Assembly: GCF_044704955.1 (NCBI RefSeq) | Contig: NC_091985.1 | Coordinates: forward strand, 89,156,001 to 89,220,000 | DNA: 64,000 nucleotides | From: Pristiophorus japonicus | Taxonomy: Eukaryota | Direction: 5' to 3' | Shown: piece after piece, positions 38,110-51,632 of the stretch | Layout of the letters: each line of letters starts with the position of its first letter | Numbering within the stretch: position 1 is the stretch's first letter | Notes under the pieces: generated by a model | Database searches by the model: none | Seen by the model: only the letters and a program-made list of their open reading frames with translations | Told to the model about the DNA's origin: nothing | Program-made: the position numbers and the translations under genes

Positions 38110-38560
38110 TTGACAGTACAAAAGGAAGCCATTTGGCCCGTTGTCTACTGCACCAGATCCTTACTGAGCAATCCAAAACTGCACTCTCCCTGTATATTTC
38201 TGTGCTTCAAATGTTTACCTTCTATTACCTTTAAAGCTGCAATGATCTTTGCCTCAACTATTCCCTGCAGCAAATCATTCCATGCTATGACAGCACTCTG
38301 GGGATTATTTTCCACAGCAGCATCATGGTTCTTCCACTGAAGGTACAGCGGACAAGCAGGAAAACCCCCACGGAAATTCACCTCCTCTGTATAAAGACAA
38401 TTCTTCTCGCCTCTCTCGTCAGTTTCTTACTGGCAATTTCAACTTGATCTTTGATTTCCCCAAGCAGAGGAAATAGCATTTCCCTCTTCATCTCATCAGC
38501 ATCCTTCATAATTTTGAAAAACTCTATTAAATCCCCGAATAGTCTTCTCTGCTCCAGTGG
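38110..38560 (-). mobile_element. Old CR1 3' fragment
   Basis: Degenerate CR1 3'-end similarity (AWNDLLQGIVEA; GCCATTTGGCCC tail). Confidence 0.55.
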
Positions 38561-40381
38561 AAATCCGAGGGCATGTATTCACTTATGGTAGGATTGGCCC
38601 AGCCAGGATCCTGCGCCAATGATCCTGGCAGGCTTTGAGGTCAGAGTGAGGATCTCTGTTTAGCATGAGAATGTCAGGTGCCTTTACCACTCGGGGCACG
38701 TCTAGGGCAGCACCATGCTTGAGGCTCTGGAATAGCCATGGAAGAGTACCTGGATGGGGTTGCTAGATTCCCCCTCCTGAAGATCTTGAACCACACTATC
38801 ATTTAACTAGATATTGGGTAGTTAAAAGTGGGTACAGTAGTGCAACAAGTAACTAGTGCAGTGAGATCTGTTTATAGAAATGACTGATGAGGCTAAACCC
38901 AAGAGAATGTTCAGCACAAAACCCCAAAATGTATAACACATACCAAGTACTGTAACCTTAATGCATCAATGTGCTTCTCCCATATTCACTATGTAATCCA
39001 AATGTCCAATTCAAAATACACATGAACATATACTCTTGAAAATATAATCAATAAACTTTCAAAAAATCACAACACTTACCAGGAAATTGAACAAATGGTT
39101 GTATTTTACAACAGACATTTTCAGAACACAAAGCACCAGGGAGATGATCGTAACCTGCAGGATTGACATTGAAACAGCATCAATATAGTTTTACCTTTTT
39201 TTACACATTGAGATTCATTGTAAAAATATCAATATTTAAGGAATAGGTAAAAACACACACATATATTAATATAAACATTTTCCTTTTTATTTTCCAAAAG
39301 TAAATTTTTACCTTTACCTTCTTCATGTTAATTTTTCCCTTATTTTAAGTATCAGACCCTCCCCATTCACTCAACTCCCAGGACTCTGTCATTCAGTAAT
39401 TTAGTGATCGAAGATCTGAGACAGGTCATATTGAATCATCTGCCAATTTTCCTACTCTTCCTAAGAAGAAGTGTCTCACCTCCACAAGGTGCAAGAATTG
39501 TAGATGTAGGTGTAATTCCGAATATTATATAACTCAACTCAGTCCACCACTGTGCTATCTTTAAATTGTTTTACATTTTAAATTAATTTCTAGATTGTTT
39601 TGAAGGAAATTCACTGATCATTGGAGTAAATGAATACTCATCACAGTGGCCATTCAGTCCTGGAGAATGGATTTTTTTTTTTACTTGTTGCTCGAATGTC
39701 AGCATCAATCATTCCCACATTATGAATCACACATTATGAATCACACAGGTTAAGCTTAAAACTCTCTCTAGATTGTCCCAACAATAACTTAAACAAAACT
39801 TTGGAAGAGCACTTCTGACAGTACCAACATGATATTTTCATTTCCTTCACTGACAATTCCCACGGCATGTCTGAGTGATATTGGCCAATTAGTGTTGAGT
39901 TATGAGCAGTCTATTTTCCCCTCTGAATGCTCTAATGAGGTGCGGTCACAGAACAAAATGTACTCCAAATAGTAATTCCCCTTGTGGTTTGCAACAAATG
40001 CTTGGAGCGAGTAACACCAGCTAAAAGGTGGTTTTAAAAAAGAGCAAGTATATACGAACATACGAACAATGATGGACCGGAAAAGGCTTCTGGTCCAGCC
40101 TGTCCCACCCAATTGCGATACCTTGTGTATCACAATACATACACTTTCCATCCTACCTGAAACCATATGATCTCCTGGGAGAGGCAAAAAAACAGATTAA
40201 AAATCCAAATTAATTTGGGGATAAACTCCAACTCCCTTACGAGATCAAAACTAGTCCAGGCTCTATAACAACAGCACCCTAGTACTTCTGAAGAATAGTT
40301 TGAGGATGCATGGCCCTGATACTGATGGAGAGAGGAGATAATGAAAATGCAAATGTTCCCAAAGGACCCGAGGAGCATTCT

Positions 40382-41911
40382 ACATAAGAACATAAGAAAT
40401 AGGAGCAGGAGAAGGCCATTTGGTTACTCGAGCCTGCTCTGCCATTCATTAAGATCATGGCTGATCTGATCCTGGCCTCAACTCCACTTCCCCGCCCGCT
40501 CCCCATTACCCTTGACTCACTTATCATTCAAAAATCTGTCTATCGCCTCCTTAAAGCTCCATTCAAAGACCCAGCCTCCATAGCTCTCTGGGGTAAAGAA
40601 TTCCAAAGATTCATGACCCTCTGAGAGAAGATATTCCTCCACATTTCTGTTTTAAATGGGCAACGCCTTATTCTGAAACTATGCCCCCTAGTTCTAGATT
40701 CCCCCATGAGGGGAAACATCTTCTCTGTATCTACCCTGTCAAGCCATTATATGTTTCAATAAAATCACCTCTCATTCTTCGAAACTCCAAGGAGTATAGG
40801 CCCAACCTGCTCAACCTTTCTTCATATGCCAACCCCTTCATCTCAGGAATCAACCTCGTGAACCATCTCTAAAGTGCCTCCAATGCAAGTATATCCCTCC
40901 TTAAATAAGGAGACCAAAACTGTACGCAGTACTCTAGGTGTGGTCTTACCAACGCCTTGTACAGTTGGAGCAGGACTACCCGACTTTTATACTCCATCCC
41001 CCTTGCAATAAAGGCCAGCATTCTATTTGCCTTCCTGATTACTTGCTGTATCTGCATACTAACTTTTTGCTTCTCATGCACAAGAACCCCCAAATCCCTC
41101 TGTGCCGCAGCATTTTGTGATCTCTCCCCATTTAAATAATAATTTGCTTTTTTATTTTTCCTACCAAAGTGAATAACCTCACACTTACCCATATTATACT
41201 CCATCTGCCAAATTTCTGTCCTATCTATACTGAGCCTATCTATATCTCTTTGTAGATACTTTGCTTCCTCCTCACAACTTGCTTTCCCACCTATCTTTGT
41301 ATCATCAGCAAATTTGGCTACATTACACTCGGTCCCTTCATCCGAAACATTAATATAAATTGTAAATAGTTGAGGTCCCAGCACTGATCCCTGTGGCACC
41401 CCACTAGTTACTGTTTGCCAGCCTGAAAATGACCCATTTATCCCGATTCTCTGTTTTCTGTTCGTTAGCCAATCCTCTATCCACGCTAACATATTACCCC
41501 CAACCCCGTGAGCTCTTATCTTGTGCAGTAACCTTTTGTCAGGCACCTTATCGAATGCTTTCTGGAAATCCAAATATACAACATCAACTGGTTCTCCTTT
41601 ATCCACTCTGCTCGTTACATCCTAAAGAATTCCAGCAAATTTGGCAAACATGATTTCCTTTTCATAAAACCATGCTGACTCTGCTTGACTGCATTATGAT
41701 TTTCTAAATGTCCTGCTATTACTTCCTTAATGTTGGACTCCAACATTTTCCCAATGACAGATGTTAAGCTAGCTGGTCTATAGTTTCCTGCTTTCTGTCT
41801 CCCTACTTTCTTAAATAGAGGTGTTACATTTGCAGTTTTCCAGTCCACTGGGACCTCTCCAGAATTCAGAGAATTCTGGTAGATTACAACCAATGCATCC
41901 ACTATCTCCAT
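40382..41911 (-). mobile_element. 5'-truncated CR1 LINE
   Basis: 245-aa RT ORF 40869-41606; (TTCTTATG)n tail. Confidence 0.94.
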
Positions 41912-42712
41912 CTTGTCCGCTCGTTAGTTTTTGTCAGCAATTGGCAATTGCAGAAGCAGGTATTCATGAGCATACATAGATGATTGACGGTAAGCTCAAA
42001 GGTTGATTTAACTAATTCGGTCACCTTGTTCAAACAGATTGAAATTACGATAGCATTGAATTCCCATGTAGTTCACCACTGCTGGGTCTGCATGTAAGGT
42101 TTTATTATCACGAGTAACAGGCATACACAAGTGTCACTGATGACATGTGATACTGATTTCCTGAGATAAACTTACCTCCACTATCCCACTCTTGCTGGAC
42201 CCATCACCTGCTGCTTGCAAATACCAGGAGAGGGGGCAGCCAGGTTACTGGCTTGCTCCCTCCCATATACCTCCCATATAGCTCTGTTCACGCAACTCCC
42301 TGGGACTGCCAAGTAAAGCTTTGCGGTGGTAAAGCCCCACAGTTGCCTAATTGAAGGAGAGGGCCTTATAACCACATCTTATCCCTCCATTTAGCCCCCA
42401 GGGTCTTGGCCAAGGCCGAGGGAGATTTGCTGAAGTATTTGGAGCTCTCCTGTCTCTTTAACCTGGCTCCCTGCTACTGTTCTCTCTGTAAGGGCTCACC
42501 CAAATCTCAGAGGAAATACTTACACTGTGGTTCAGCTTACATTGCTACAGTGATTTAAGGTATTTTTTTCATTCCTAAATTAATAGCGGGGATGGGGTGC
42601 GACTGGACTGTTTTTTTTGCTTTCTGACGATTATGAGAAATGTTTTTCAGCTTGCCAATCTTGATGGCTGGCCCTCCAAAATAACCTCTTGTCCTTTTTA
42701 ACTATTGGCTCA

Positions 42713-43736
42713 GATAGAAACATAGAAACATAGAAAATAGGTGCAGGAGTAGGCCATTCGGCCCTTCGAGCCTGCACTGCCATTCAATGAGTTCATGGCT
42801 GAACATGCAACTTCAGTACCCCATTCCTGCTTTCTCGCCATACCCCTTGATCCCCCTAGTAGTAAGGACTACATCTAACTCCTTTTTGAATATATTTAGT
42901 GAATTGGCCTCAACAACTTTCTGTGGTAGAGAATTCCACAGGTTCACCACTCTCTGGGTGAAAAAGTTTCTCCTCATCTCGGTCCTAAATGGCTTACCCC
43001 TTATCCTTAGACTGTGACCCCTGGTTCTGGACTTCCCAAACATTGGGAACATTCTTCCTGCATCTAACCTGTCTAAACCCATCAGAATTTTAAACGTTTC
43101 TATGCGATCCCCTCTCATTCTTCTGAACTCCAGTGAATACAAGCCCAGTTGATCCAGTCTTTCTTGATATGTCAGTTCCGCCATCCCGGGAATCAGTCTG
43201 GTGAACCTTCGCTGCACTCCCTCAATAGCAAGAATGTCCTTCCTCAGGTTAGGAGACCAAAACTGTACACAATACTCCAGGTGTGGCTTCACCAAGGCCC
43301 TGTACAACTGTAGTAACACCTCCCTGCCCCTGTACTCAAATCCCCTCGCTATGAAGGCCAACATGCCATTTGCTTTTTTAACCGCCTGCTGTACCTGCAT
43401 GCCAACCTTCAATGACTGATGTAACATGACACCCAGGTCTCGTTGCACCTCCCCTTTTCCTAATCTGTCACCATTCAGATAATAGTCTGTCTCTCTGTTT
43501 TTACCACCAAAGTGGATAACCTCACATTTATCCACATTATACTTCATCTGCCATGCATTTGCCCACTCACCTAACCTATCCAAGTCACTCTGTAGCCTCA
43601 TAGCATCTTCCTCGCAGCTCACACTGCCACCCAGCTTAGTGTCATCCGCAAATTTGGAGATACTACATTTAATCCCCTCATCTAAATCATTAATGCACAA
43701 TGTAAACAGCTGGGGCCCCAGCACAGAACCTTCCGG
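42713..43736 (-). mobile_element. Young 5'-truncated CR1 LINE with open ORF2 C-terminal 303 aa
   Basis: ORF 42813-43724; (TTCTATGT)n tail; same subfamily as 29103-30545. Confidence 0.95.
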
Positions 43737-45167
43737 TTACTTACAGGGGGATGTGGGGAAGGCCGAAAAACCAAACCAGGCCGGGGACGCAGATGCCCTG
43801 CTGAACTTAGCAACAGACCACATTATAAATTTTTGTTCCATTTCCCGCCTGACATCTGTCCAAATTGACAACCTAGCTGGCAGCTGGGTAGAAACACCAG
43901 CGGAAAGAGGCTGCAGCCTGTGACACTTGTGGATGGTGCCAGCAATCGGGCGGGGAGATCAGTAAATGTGGCAGGGGTGGGCGGGGGGGGTGATCGGGAG
44001 AGGGGAGAGATGTGCCACGAACATTAGAGGGGCAGTGGGGGAGCCGCCTTGCGTGGCCAGCAGATGCCACCTCCCTTTCACTGCCAGGTCTCCTGACGGC
44101 TGAGAAACTCACACAGAAGCAGTGAATTTTAAATCGTGCTCCCAATTGTTAATTAAGTGTCCCGCCTCTCCACGGCAGAATACTCGGACGCCACGCTATC
44201 CATGCGTGCGCGACGTATCGGGGACCTGTTCCCTGAATTTAAGTACTTAACCCTCCTGGCATGGGGGAGGGGGTGGCGTTAATATCAAGGTCCTGCTTTA
44301 GAGGGAGGTGAACAGTATTTCTTGCCCATTAATTGTAAATTTTACCCCCTAAAATGTGCATTTAATAAAAACAAATCATTTTTTTAAATATGAAGAACAC
44401 CAGAAAAGGTTAATGTTAGTGAAGAATCACGGCTGCTTCCCAAGGTCTTCTATCTGAGTGTTGAAAAATGCACCAAAAAGTGCAATAAAGTTCCTGGGAA
44501 GCTTGGACCCAAACCCCTTGGGAAATACATTTTACACCATCAAAGCTCACCTCCCCCTTCACAAATGTTGAAATCCACCACTGCAAAATGTTAACATTTG
44601 TGTACTTTAGATTTTTTCCCCCTATATTACATCTGATGTATTATTGGGTATAATTCCAGCTTAAGTCATTACTAATTCATGTCCCACAGCAGTCACACTA
44701 TAACGACAATCCCCACCACTTGTACCATCCATGCTAATCATGGACAACTGCCTATATGGCACTAACCATTTGTCATTCCCATTGAATCCAATTATAAAAG
44801 GCATTGCTTGTAACATGTTAAACTTACCGGCTACTGTGGGTAAATGAGAGGTGGAAGCTTTGTCATCTCAATGTTCACAAGTTACCACCAGCCCTTTTTA
44901 ATGCTTTTGAATTGATTAGCTTTATAACAAAAGCAAGAAAAACTTATTGAATCACTCCGATGTATTGTAGCAGCAGATCAAGGCTGCGGAGGATTCTGGA
45001 GCTCGAGGGAGAATCACAATGATCCAGAGATGGAGACCTGGAGAAAATCCAAGATTTAGCTTTTTTTATACAAGAAAAGACATGCATTTATATTGTGTAT
45101 TTTACGGCCTCGGACATCACAAAGCTAATTAAGTACATTTTAAGTATAGTCACTGTTATAATTGTCA

Positions 45168-45600
45168 GCTGTGGCTCAGTGGGTAGTACTCTCACTTCTA
45201 AGTCAGAAGGTTGTGGGTTCAAGTCCCACCTCCAGGGACTTAAACATAAAAAAAAATCTAAGTTAACACTCCACTGCAGTGCTGTTGGAGGTGCTGTCTT
45301 TCGGATGAGACATTACACTGTGGCCCAGTCTGCTCTCGCAAAGGGACGTAAAAGATCCCATGGCACTATTTTGAAGAAGAGCAGGGGAGTTATCCCCAGT
45401 GTCCTGGCCAATATTTATCCCTCAATCCAAAAAAACAGATCATTGTCATAATGCTGTTTGTGGGAGCATGCTTGTGTGCAAATTGGCTGCTGCTTTTCCT
45501 ACATTACAACAGTGACTACACTCCAAAAGTACTTCATTGGCTGTAAAGCACTTTGAGACATCCGGTGGTCATGAAAGGCACTATATAAATTCAAATCTTT
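45168..45600 (+). mobile_element. tRNA-derived Deu-domain SINE (SacSINE1/AmnSINE1-like)
   Basis: A box TGGCTCAGTGG, B box GGTTCAAGTCC, Deu-like core GTAAAAGATCCCATGGCACTATT..GAAGAGCAGGGGAGTT..GTGTCCTGGCCAATATT, LINE-like tail. Confidence 0.85.
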
Positions 45601-45627
45601 CTAATATAGGAAACACAGCAGCTCATT

Positions 45628-46536
45628 TAAGCTGTAAGGAGGACACTAAGAGGCTGCAGAGTGACTTGGACAGGTTAGGTGAATGGGCAACTGCATGGCA
45701 GATGGAGTATAATGTGGATAAATGTGAGGTTATTCACTTTAGGGGCAAAAACATGAAGGCAGAATATTATCTAAATGGCGGCAGATTAGGAAAAGGGGAG
45801 GTGTAACGAGACCTGAGTGTCATGGTACATCAGTCATTGAAAGTTGGCATGCAGGTACAGCAGGTGGTGAAGAAGGCAAATGGTATGTTGGCCTTCATAG
45901 CTAGGGGAATTGAGTATAGGAGCAGGGAGGTCTTACTGCAGTTGTACAGGGCCTTGGTGAGGCCTCACCTGAAATATTGTGTTCAGTTTTGGTCCCCTAA
46001 TCTGAGGAAGGATGTTCTTGCTATTGAGGAAGTGCAGTGAAGGTTCACCAGACTGATTCCCGGGATGGCTGGACTGACATATGAGGGGAGACTGGATCGA
46101 CTGGGTCTTTATTCACTGGAGTTTAGAAGAATGAGAGGGGATCTCATAGAAACATATAAAATTCTGACGGGACTGGACAGGTTAGATGCAGGAAGAATGT
46201 TCCCGATGTTGGGGAAGTCCAGAACCAGGGGACACAGTGTAAGGATAAGGGGTAAGCCATTTAGGACTGAGATGAGGAGAAACTTCATCACTCAGAGAGT
46301 TGTTAACCTGTGGAATTCCCTACCGCAGAGAGTTGTTGATGCCAGTTTGTTAGATATATTCAAAAGGTAGTTAGATATGGCCCTTATGGCTAAAGGGATC
46401 AAGGGGTATGGAGAGAAAGCAGGAAAGGGGTACTGAGGTGGATGATCAGCCATGATCTTATTGAATGGCGGTGCAGGCTCGAAGGGCTGAATGGTCCACT
46501 CCTGCACCTATTTTCTATGTTTCTATGTTTCTATGT
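45628..46536 (+). mobile_element. 5'-truncated CR1 LINE
   Basis: RT C-terminal ORFs and (TTCTATGT)3 tail. Confidence 0.94.
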
Positions 46537-46540
46537 GTAT

Positions 46541-46860
46541 GGTTCCACAAACAGCAATGAGATGATGACCACATAATCTGTTTTAGTGATGTTGGTTGAG
46601 GGATAAATATTGACCAGAACACTGGTGAGAACTCCCCAGTTCTTCTTTGAAATAGTGCCATGGAATCTTTTATATCCTTCTGAAAGGGCAGCCAGAGCCT
46701 CGGTTTAACCACTCATCTGAAAGACAGCACCTCTGACAGTGCAGCACTGAATCGATTGTCAGACTAGAATTTATGCACAAGTCCCTGGAGTGTGACTTTA
46801 ACCCACTACTGACTGACTCAGGAGATGAGAGTGCACCCCAATGAGTCATGGCTGCCACTT
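46541..46860 (-). mobile_element. Deu-domain SINE, 3'-truncated
   Basis: Reverse complement homologous to 45168-45465. Confidence 0.8.
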
Positions 46861-46885
46861 ATAGCAAGCAAACTGTGCTAACACC

Positions 46886-47144
46886 TGTCATGTTTGTAAC
46901 CTCACATAACTGTAACCTTTATGTAACAACACTGTACACTGTATACACCTGAGAAATGCACACCTTGACCACAGGGGGTGAACATGTGGGAGACACTCCT
47001 CCCTTGGTCATCCAGGTATATAAAGGGAGGTCCCACGCAGGGTCATCACTTCTTGGTCCTGCGAATAAAGGTTCAGGTCACAGAGTGATCTTGTCTCCAG
47101 TATGTGCCTCGTGTTGATTTGCTGTAGTGTGTAAGGACTTAACA
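46886..47144 (+). repeat. 5' LTR of element 3
   Basis: TGTCATG..TTAACA; 8 substitutions vs 3' LTR counted by eye. Confidence 0.96.
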
Positions 47145-47181
47145 TTTGGCGACGAGAAACGGGAATCAACGACTCAAGAGA

Positions 47182-50100
47182 ATGGTCACCGGTAGCACGG
47201 AGGAACAGTACTGTGTTGGTGAGGACTGGGACGATTTCATTGAGAGGCTCCAGCAGAGCTTTGTCACGAAGGACTGGCTGAGAGCGGCAGTGGCTGACAA
47301 GCGAAGGGCGCATCTACTGACCAGATGTGGACCAAAGACGTACGCGCTGATGAAAGACCTGCTCGCACCCGAGAAGCCGGTGGACAAGACCTTCGAGGAG
47401 CTCAGCAAACTGATTGGTGAGCACCTCAAACCGGCGAGTAGCATACACATGACCCGACACCGATTCTATATGCACTGACGTCGGGAAGGGCAGAGTATAC
47501 CGGACTTCGTTGCGGACCTTCGGCGCTTGGCCAGCCCCTGTAAGTTCACAGACGCCTGCAGTGGGGAGATGTTACAGGATTTTGTCATTGAGGGCATTGG
47601 TCATGCCGGGATATTTAGGAAGCTAATTGAGACCAAGGGCTTGACCTTGGAAGCAAACCGGCGTCGATGGCTTAAACCTTCATGGGATGGGAGGAGGAAA
47701 CCAAGATCATATACGCGCGCAACTCTGCTCCCAATGTGGTGATGGAGCAGGAAGTTAACATGGTAAACGCGACTCAGAACCCCGCAGGCAGGCAAGGGCA
47801 ATTCGACACCAACCAGGCAGTAACAGACTCTAGGGTGGGTCCGCAACAGAGACAATGGCAGGTTAAACGGACATTTACACCATCACAAGGGACAATACAT
47901 CCCGGGATGGGACCATTGACACCCACAAAGTGCTCAAGAGTAATCAAACAGACAATCAGAGAGGAATGCCTGGTAACAGCCCTTTTGTTCACAACAATCT
48001 CAGCTCATGCTGGAGGTGCGGGGGCAAACATGCTGTGAAGACCTGCCGGTTTCAACAATTCATCTGCAGAAATTGTAAATTAGTGAACATTTAGCCAGGA
48101 GGTGCAGGAAGCCCGCAGTAAGGCTGGTTTATGAAGCGGATGAACCACAAAACGGGACTGCAAGGCAGGGGTATGCCTGGGACACAGCAATGGATGCTGA
48201 AGTTCAGCGGGTTCAGGTGGCAAACATCCACAGCTCATACACAAAAACACCACCTATGATGATGAGAGTACTGTTAAACGGCATCCCGGTACACATGGAG
48301 CTGGACACAGGAGCCAGCCAGTCACTTATGAGTGTCCAACAATTCGAGAAACTGTGGCGACTCAGAGCTAGCAGACCCAAACTAGAATGCATTGACACGC
48401 AATTCCGGACGTACACCAAAGAGATCATCCCAGTGCTAGGCAATGCAATGTTGGTGGTCACACATAATGGATCTCAGAACCGGCTGCCACTCGGGATTGT
48501 CCCGGGAAATGGTCCCGTGCTTTTGGGGAGGAGCTGGCTAGCCGAGATGAACTGGAAATGGGGGGATGTGCACGCCATTTCATCTGTGGAGCGAAGTTCA
48601 TGCTCACAGGTTCTACTAAAGTTCGAGTCATTATTTCAACCTGGCGTCGGGGCTTTCAAAGGCACCAAAGTAAGGATACGCATCACCCCGGACGCCACAC
48701 CAGTGCACCACAAAGCCAGAGCTGTCGAGTATGTGATGCAGGAGAAAATTGAGAGTGAGTTGGAGGTTGCTAAGAGAGGGCATAATTTTGCCTGTTGAAT
48801 TCAGTGACTGGGCAAGCCCCATCGTCCCTGTTCTAAAAACAGATGGCTCGGTCAGGACCTGTGGCAACTACAAGGCTACCATCAACTGAGTGTCCCTTCA
48901 GGACCAATACCCGCTTCCGAGAGTGGAGGATCTTTTTGCCATGCTGGCAGGCGGCAAGCTGTTCACCAAGTTGGACCTCACTTCGGCCTACATGACCCAG
49001 GAACTGGTCGAAGAATCCAAGCTACTGACCACCATCACCACACACAAAGGGCTGTTTGTCTACAATAGGTGTCCGTTTGGCATTCGTTCAGCAGCCGCTA
49101 TTTTTCAGAGGAACATGGAAAGCCTGCTAAAATTCATCCCCGGGACAATCGTATTTCAGGATGACATCCTTATCACAGGTCGAGACACCGAGGAACACCT
49201 CCACAACAGCTATCGATGCCTTTGACAGTGCAGGCTCCCCCACCACAGCCCACCAGATCAAAACCTGAACAAACAGAGATCCACTCCTATCTCTGATTAA
49301 GAAATCTGTCCTGACTGGGGATTGGGCGCCCGCACACGGAGCTTGCCCTGAAGAGGTCAGACCGTTTCACAGACGGATGGATGAATCTCCATCCAAGCCG
49401 ACTGCCTACTATGGGCACCCAGGCATCGTGCTTATGAAGGCCATTGCCCGGTCACATGTATGGTGGCCAGGAATTGATGCAGATCTGGAACACTGTGCTG
49501 GGCAATGCCCCCAGGGAGGCTCCACTCAGCCTGTGGCCCTGGCCCACCAAGCCATGGTCACGTATTCACGTAGACTACGCGGGTCCGTTCATGGGAAAAA
49601 TGTTCCTCATTGTTGTTGACGCGTACTCGAAATGGATCGAGTGCATCATATTGAATTCGTGCACGACATCCACCACAGTGGAGAGTCTGCGTGCGGTCTT
49701 TGTGACCCAAGGCTTGCCGGACATCCTAGTTAGCGACAATGGCCCTTGTTTCACTAGCTATGAATTCCGGGAGTTCATGTCGGTAATGGCATCAAACATG
49801 TCAGGACAGCGCCGTTCAAGCCGGCTTCCAATGGCCAGGCATAACGTGCGGTTCAAATCATAAAGCAAGGTATGCTCCGGATTCAAGGACCCTCCTTTCA
49901 ATACCGTCTATCGCGCCTCCTACTGGCCTACAGGTCCCGACTGCACTCGCTCATGGGAGTCCCGCCAGCGGAACTACTCATGAAACGTACACTTAAAACT
50001 CGGCTGTCCCTCATTCATCCAGTCTTGTCAGACATTGTTGAGGGCAAGCGCCAGTCCCAAAATGAGTGCCACGACCGTAACTCAAAGGGAAGATGGATAG

Positions 50101-50480
50101 AAATCGATGGCCCTGTATTTGTTCTTAATCACGCTGTGGGGCCCAAGTGGCTCGAGGGTACTGTAATTGGTAAAGAGGGGAATAGGGTCATAGTGGTCAG
50201 ACTTAACAATGGACAGATATGCCGCAAGCATCTGGACCAAGTAAAAAAAAGGTTCAGCATGGACACTGAGGAACCTGAGGAAAATCATAAGATGCTGCCC
50301 ACACCACTGCCAGAGAACGAGCAACAAGAACCGTCAGCAGCATGCACAGTCCCTGCGGTCAGCCCGGACAGGCCGGAATCACCACAGGTGACAAAGACGC
50401 ATGCCAAGGCTCAACAACCAGAGCCCCAACTGCGGCGCTCCACGAAAAAGCGTCGACTGCCTGAAAGATTCAATCTTTGA
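47182..50480 (+). pseudogene. gag-pol: gag-pol of element 3, RNase H deleted
   Basis: Gag (EDWDDFIERL), PR ELDTGAS, RT FQDDIL, then jumps to pre-integrase; IN HVDYAGP, SDNGPCF. Confidence 0.92.
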
Positions 50481-50504
50481 CCCAAAGACATTGGGGGGAG
50501 ATGA

Positions 50505-50763
50505 TGTCATGTTTGTAACCTCACATTACTGTAACCTTTATGTAACAACACTGTACACTGTATACACCTGAGTAATGCACACCTTGACCACAGGGGGTGA
50601 ACTTGTGGGAGACACTCCTCACCTGGTCATCCAGGTATATAAAGGGAGGTCCCACGCAGGGTCAGCACTTCTTGGTCCTGTGAATAAAGGTTCAGGTCAC
50701 AGAGTGACCTTGTCTCCAGTATGTGCCTCGTGTTGATTTGCTGTAGTGTGTAAGGACTTAACA
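50505..50763 (+). repeat. 3' LTR of element 3
   Basis: Direct repeat of 46886-47144. Confidence 0.96.
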
Positions 50764-51545
50764 ACACCAACGTGCCTGCTTTAAGCAGTGGAGTCTGTAA
50801 TACTTTTTGGATGTCATAAGCGAGGCCAATGGCTTTCAGTTTTCACAGGGGAAAAAAAATGTATTGTAAAATGAAATCCCTAAACAGTAATATAAATCCT
50901 GAAATCCAACATAATAAAAATACATTTGACTTAATATTTTAACTTTGAAACTGTGGCTTTGGTCATAAGCCTTCATGCTAGAATGTTTTTCGGCTGTATG
51001 TTATTTTTTGGCCTGCTGTAGCTTTTCTGAAGCTCTTTATCAGCTTTTCCAAGTGTTGTAGGTTAGCATGCATGGCGACTGGTCTGTTGGACTTGTGAAA
51101 TAAAACTTGTAATGCTTTTATTTAATTTGGTGACCCAAAATGGCAAAGAACAAGTTTAAAAAATAAAGTAGGCAACAGTCAACTCACTTCAACAGAAATG
51201 GTTGATATTTGGTAGACAACCTTTGGATTAACTAGTGCATTTTTGCCTCATTTTTACCTGGCAAATTGTCCAGGGTCAGATAAATTGACAAAATTTGGCT
51301 GTGGTCCCACCTGCTTTTAGGGGCTTGGATGAAGGGGGATTGGAAAATGGCTGCTGCAACTGGAAGTGATGCCTGAAGCAGCTTAAAGGAGTAGGCAACC
51401 TTGAAGAATCACAATATATTGGTACTTCCAAGAACAATGTGTAAAAAAAAATCTACTTCTGTGAAAATCTCAGTCGGTCGTCCTATCTATTAATCCAAGT
51501 GACTGCATATTTGAGCATTCTACATATCCCCTAACAACACTGAAC

Positions 51546-51632
51546 ATGACAAAGGGTCACAGACCTGAAACGTTAACTCTGTTTCTCTCCACAGATGCTG
51601 CTTGACATGCTGAGTATTTCCAGCATTTTCTG
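51546..51632 (+). mobile_element. Penelope-like terminal repeat fragment, degenerate hammerhead
   Basis: GGTCACAGACCTGAAACGTTAACTCTGTTTCTCTCCACAGATGCTG; CTGANGA box mutated to ATGACAA. Confidence 0.7.

Larger units (their letters stand above)
46886..50763 (+). mobile_element. Ty3/Gypsy LTR retrotransposon 3 (Mag-like), internally deleted
   Basis: 259-bp LTRs, TSD ACACC (46881-46885 / 50764-50768), PBS TGGCGACGAG at 47147, PPT GGGGGGAGATGA before the 3' LTR. Confidence 0.97.

Noticed and set aside
43737-44350. GC-rich segment as CpG-island promoter
   Set aside because: Ends in TIR-like AATTTTACCCCC; more likely a truncated DNA transposon end.
45170-45235. tRNA gene
   Set aside because: A and B boxes are the head of a SINE and run directly into the Deu domain.
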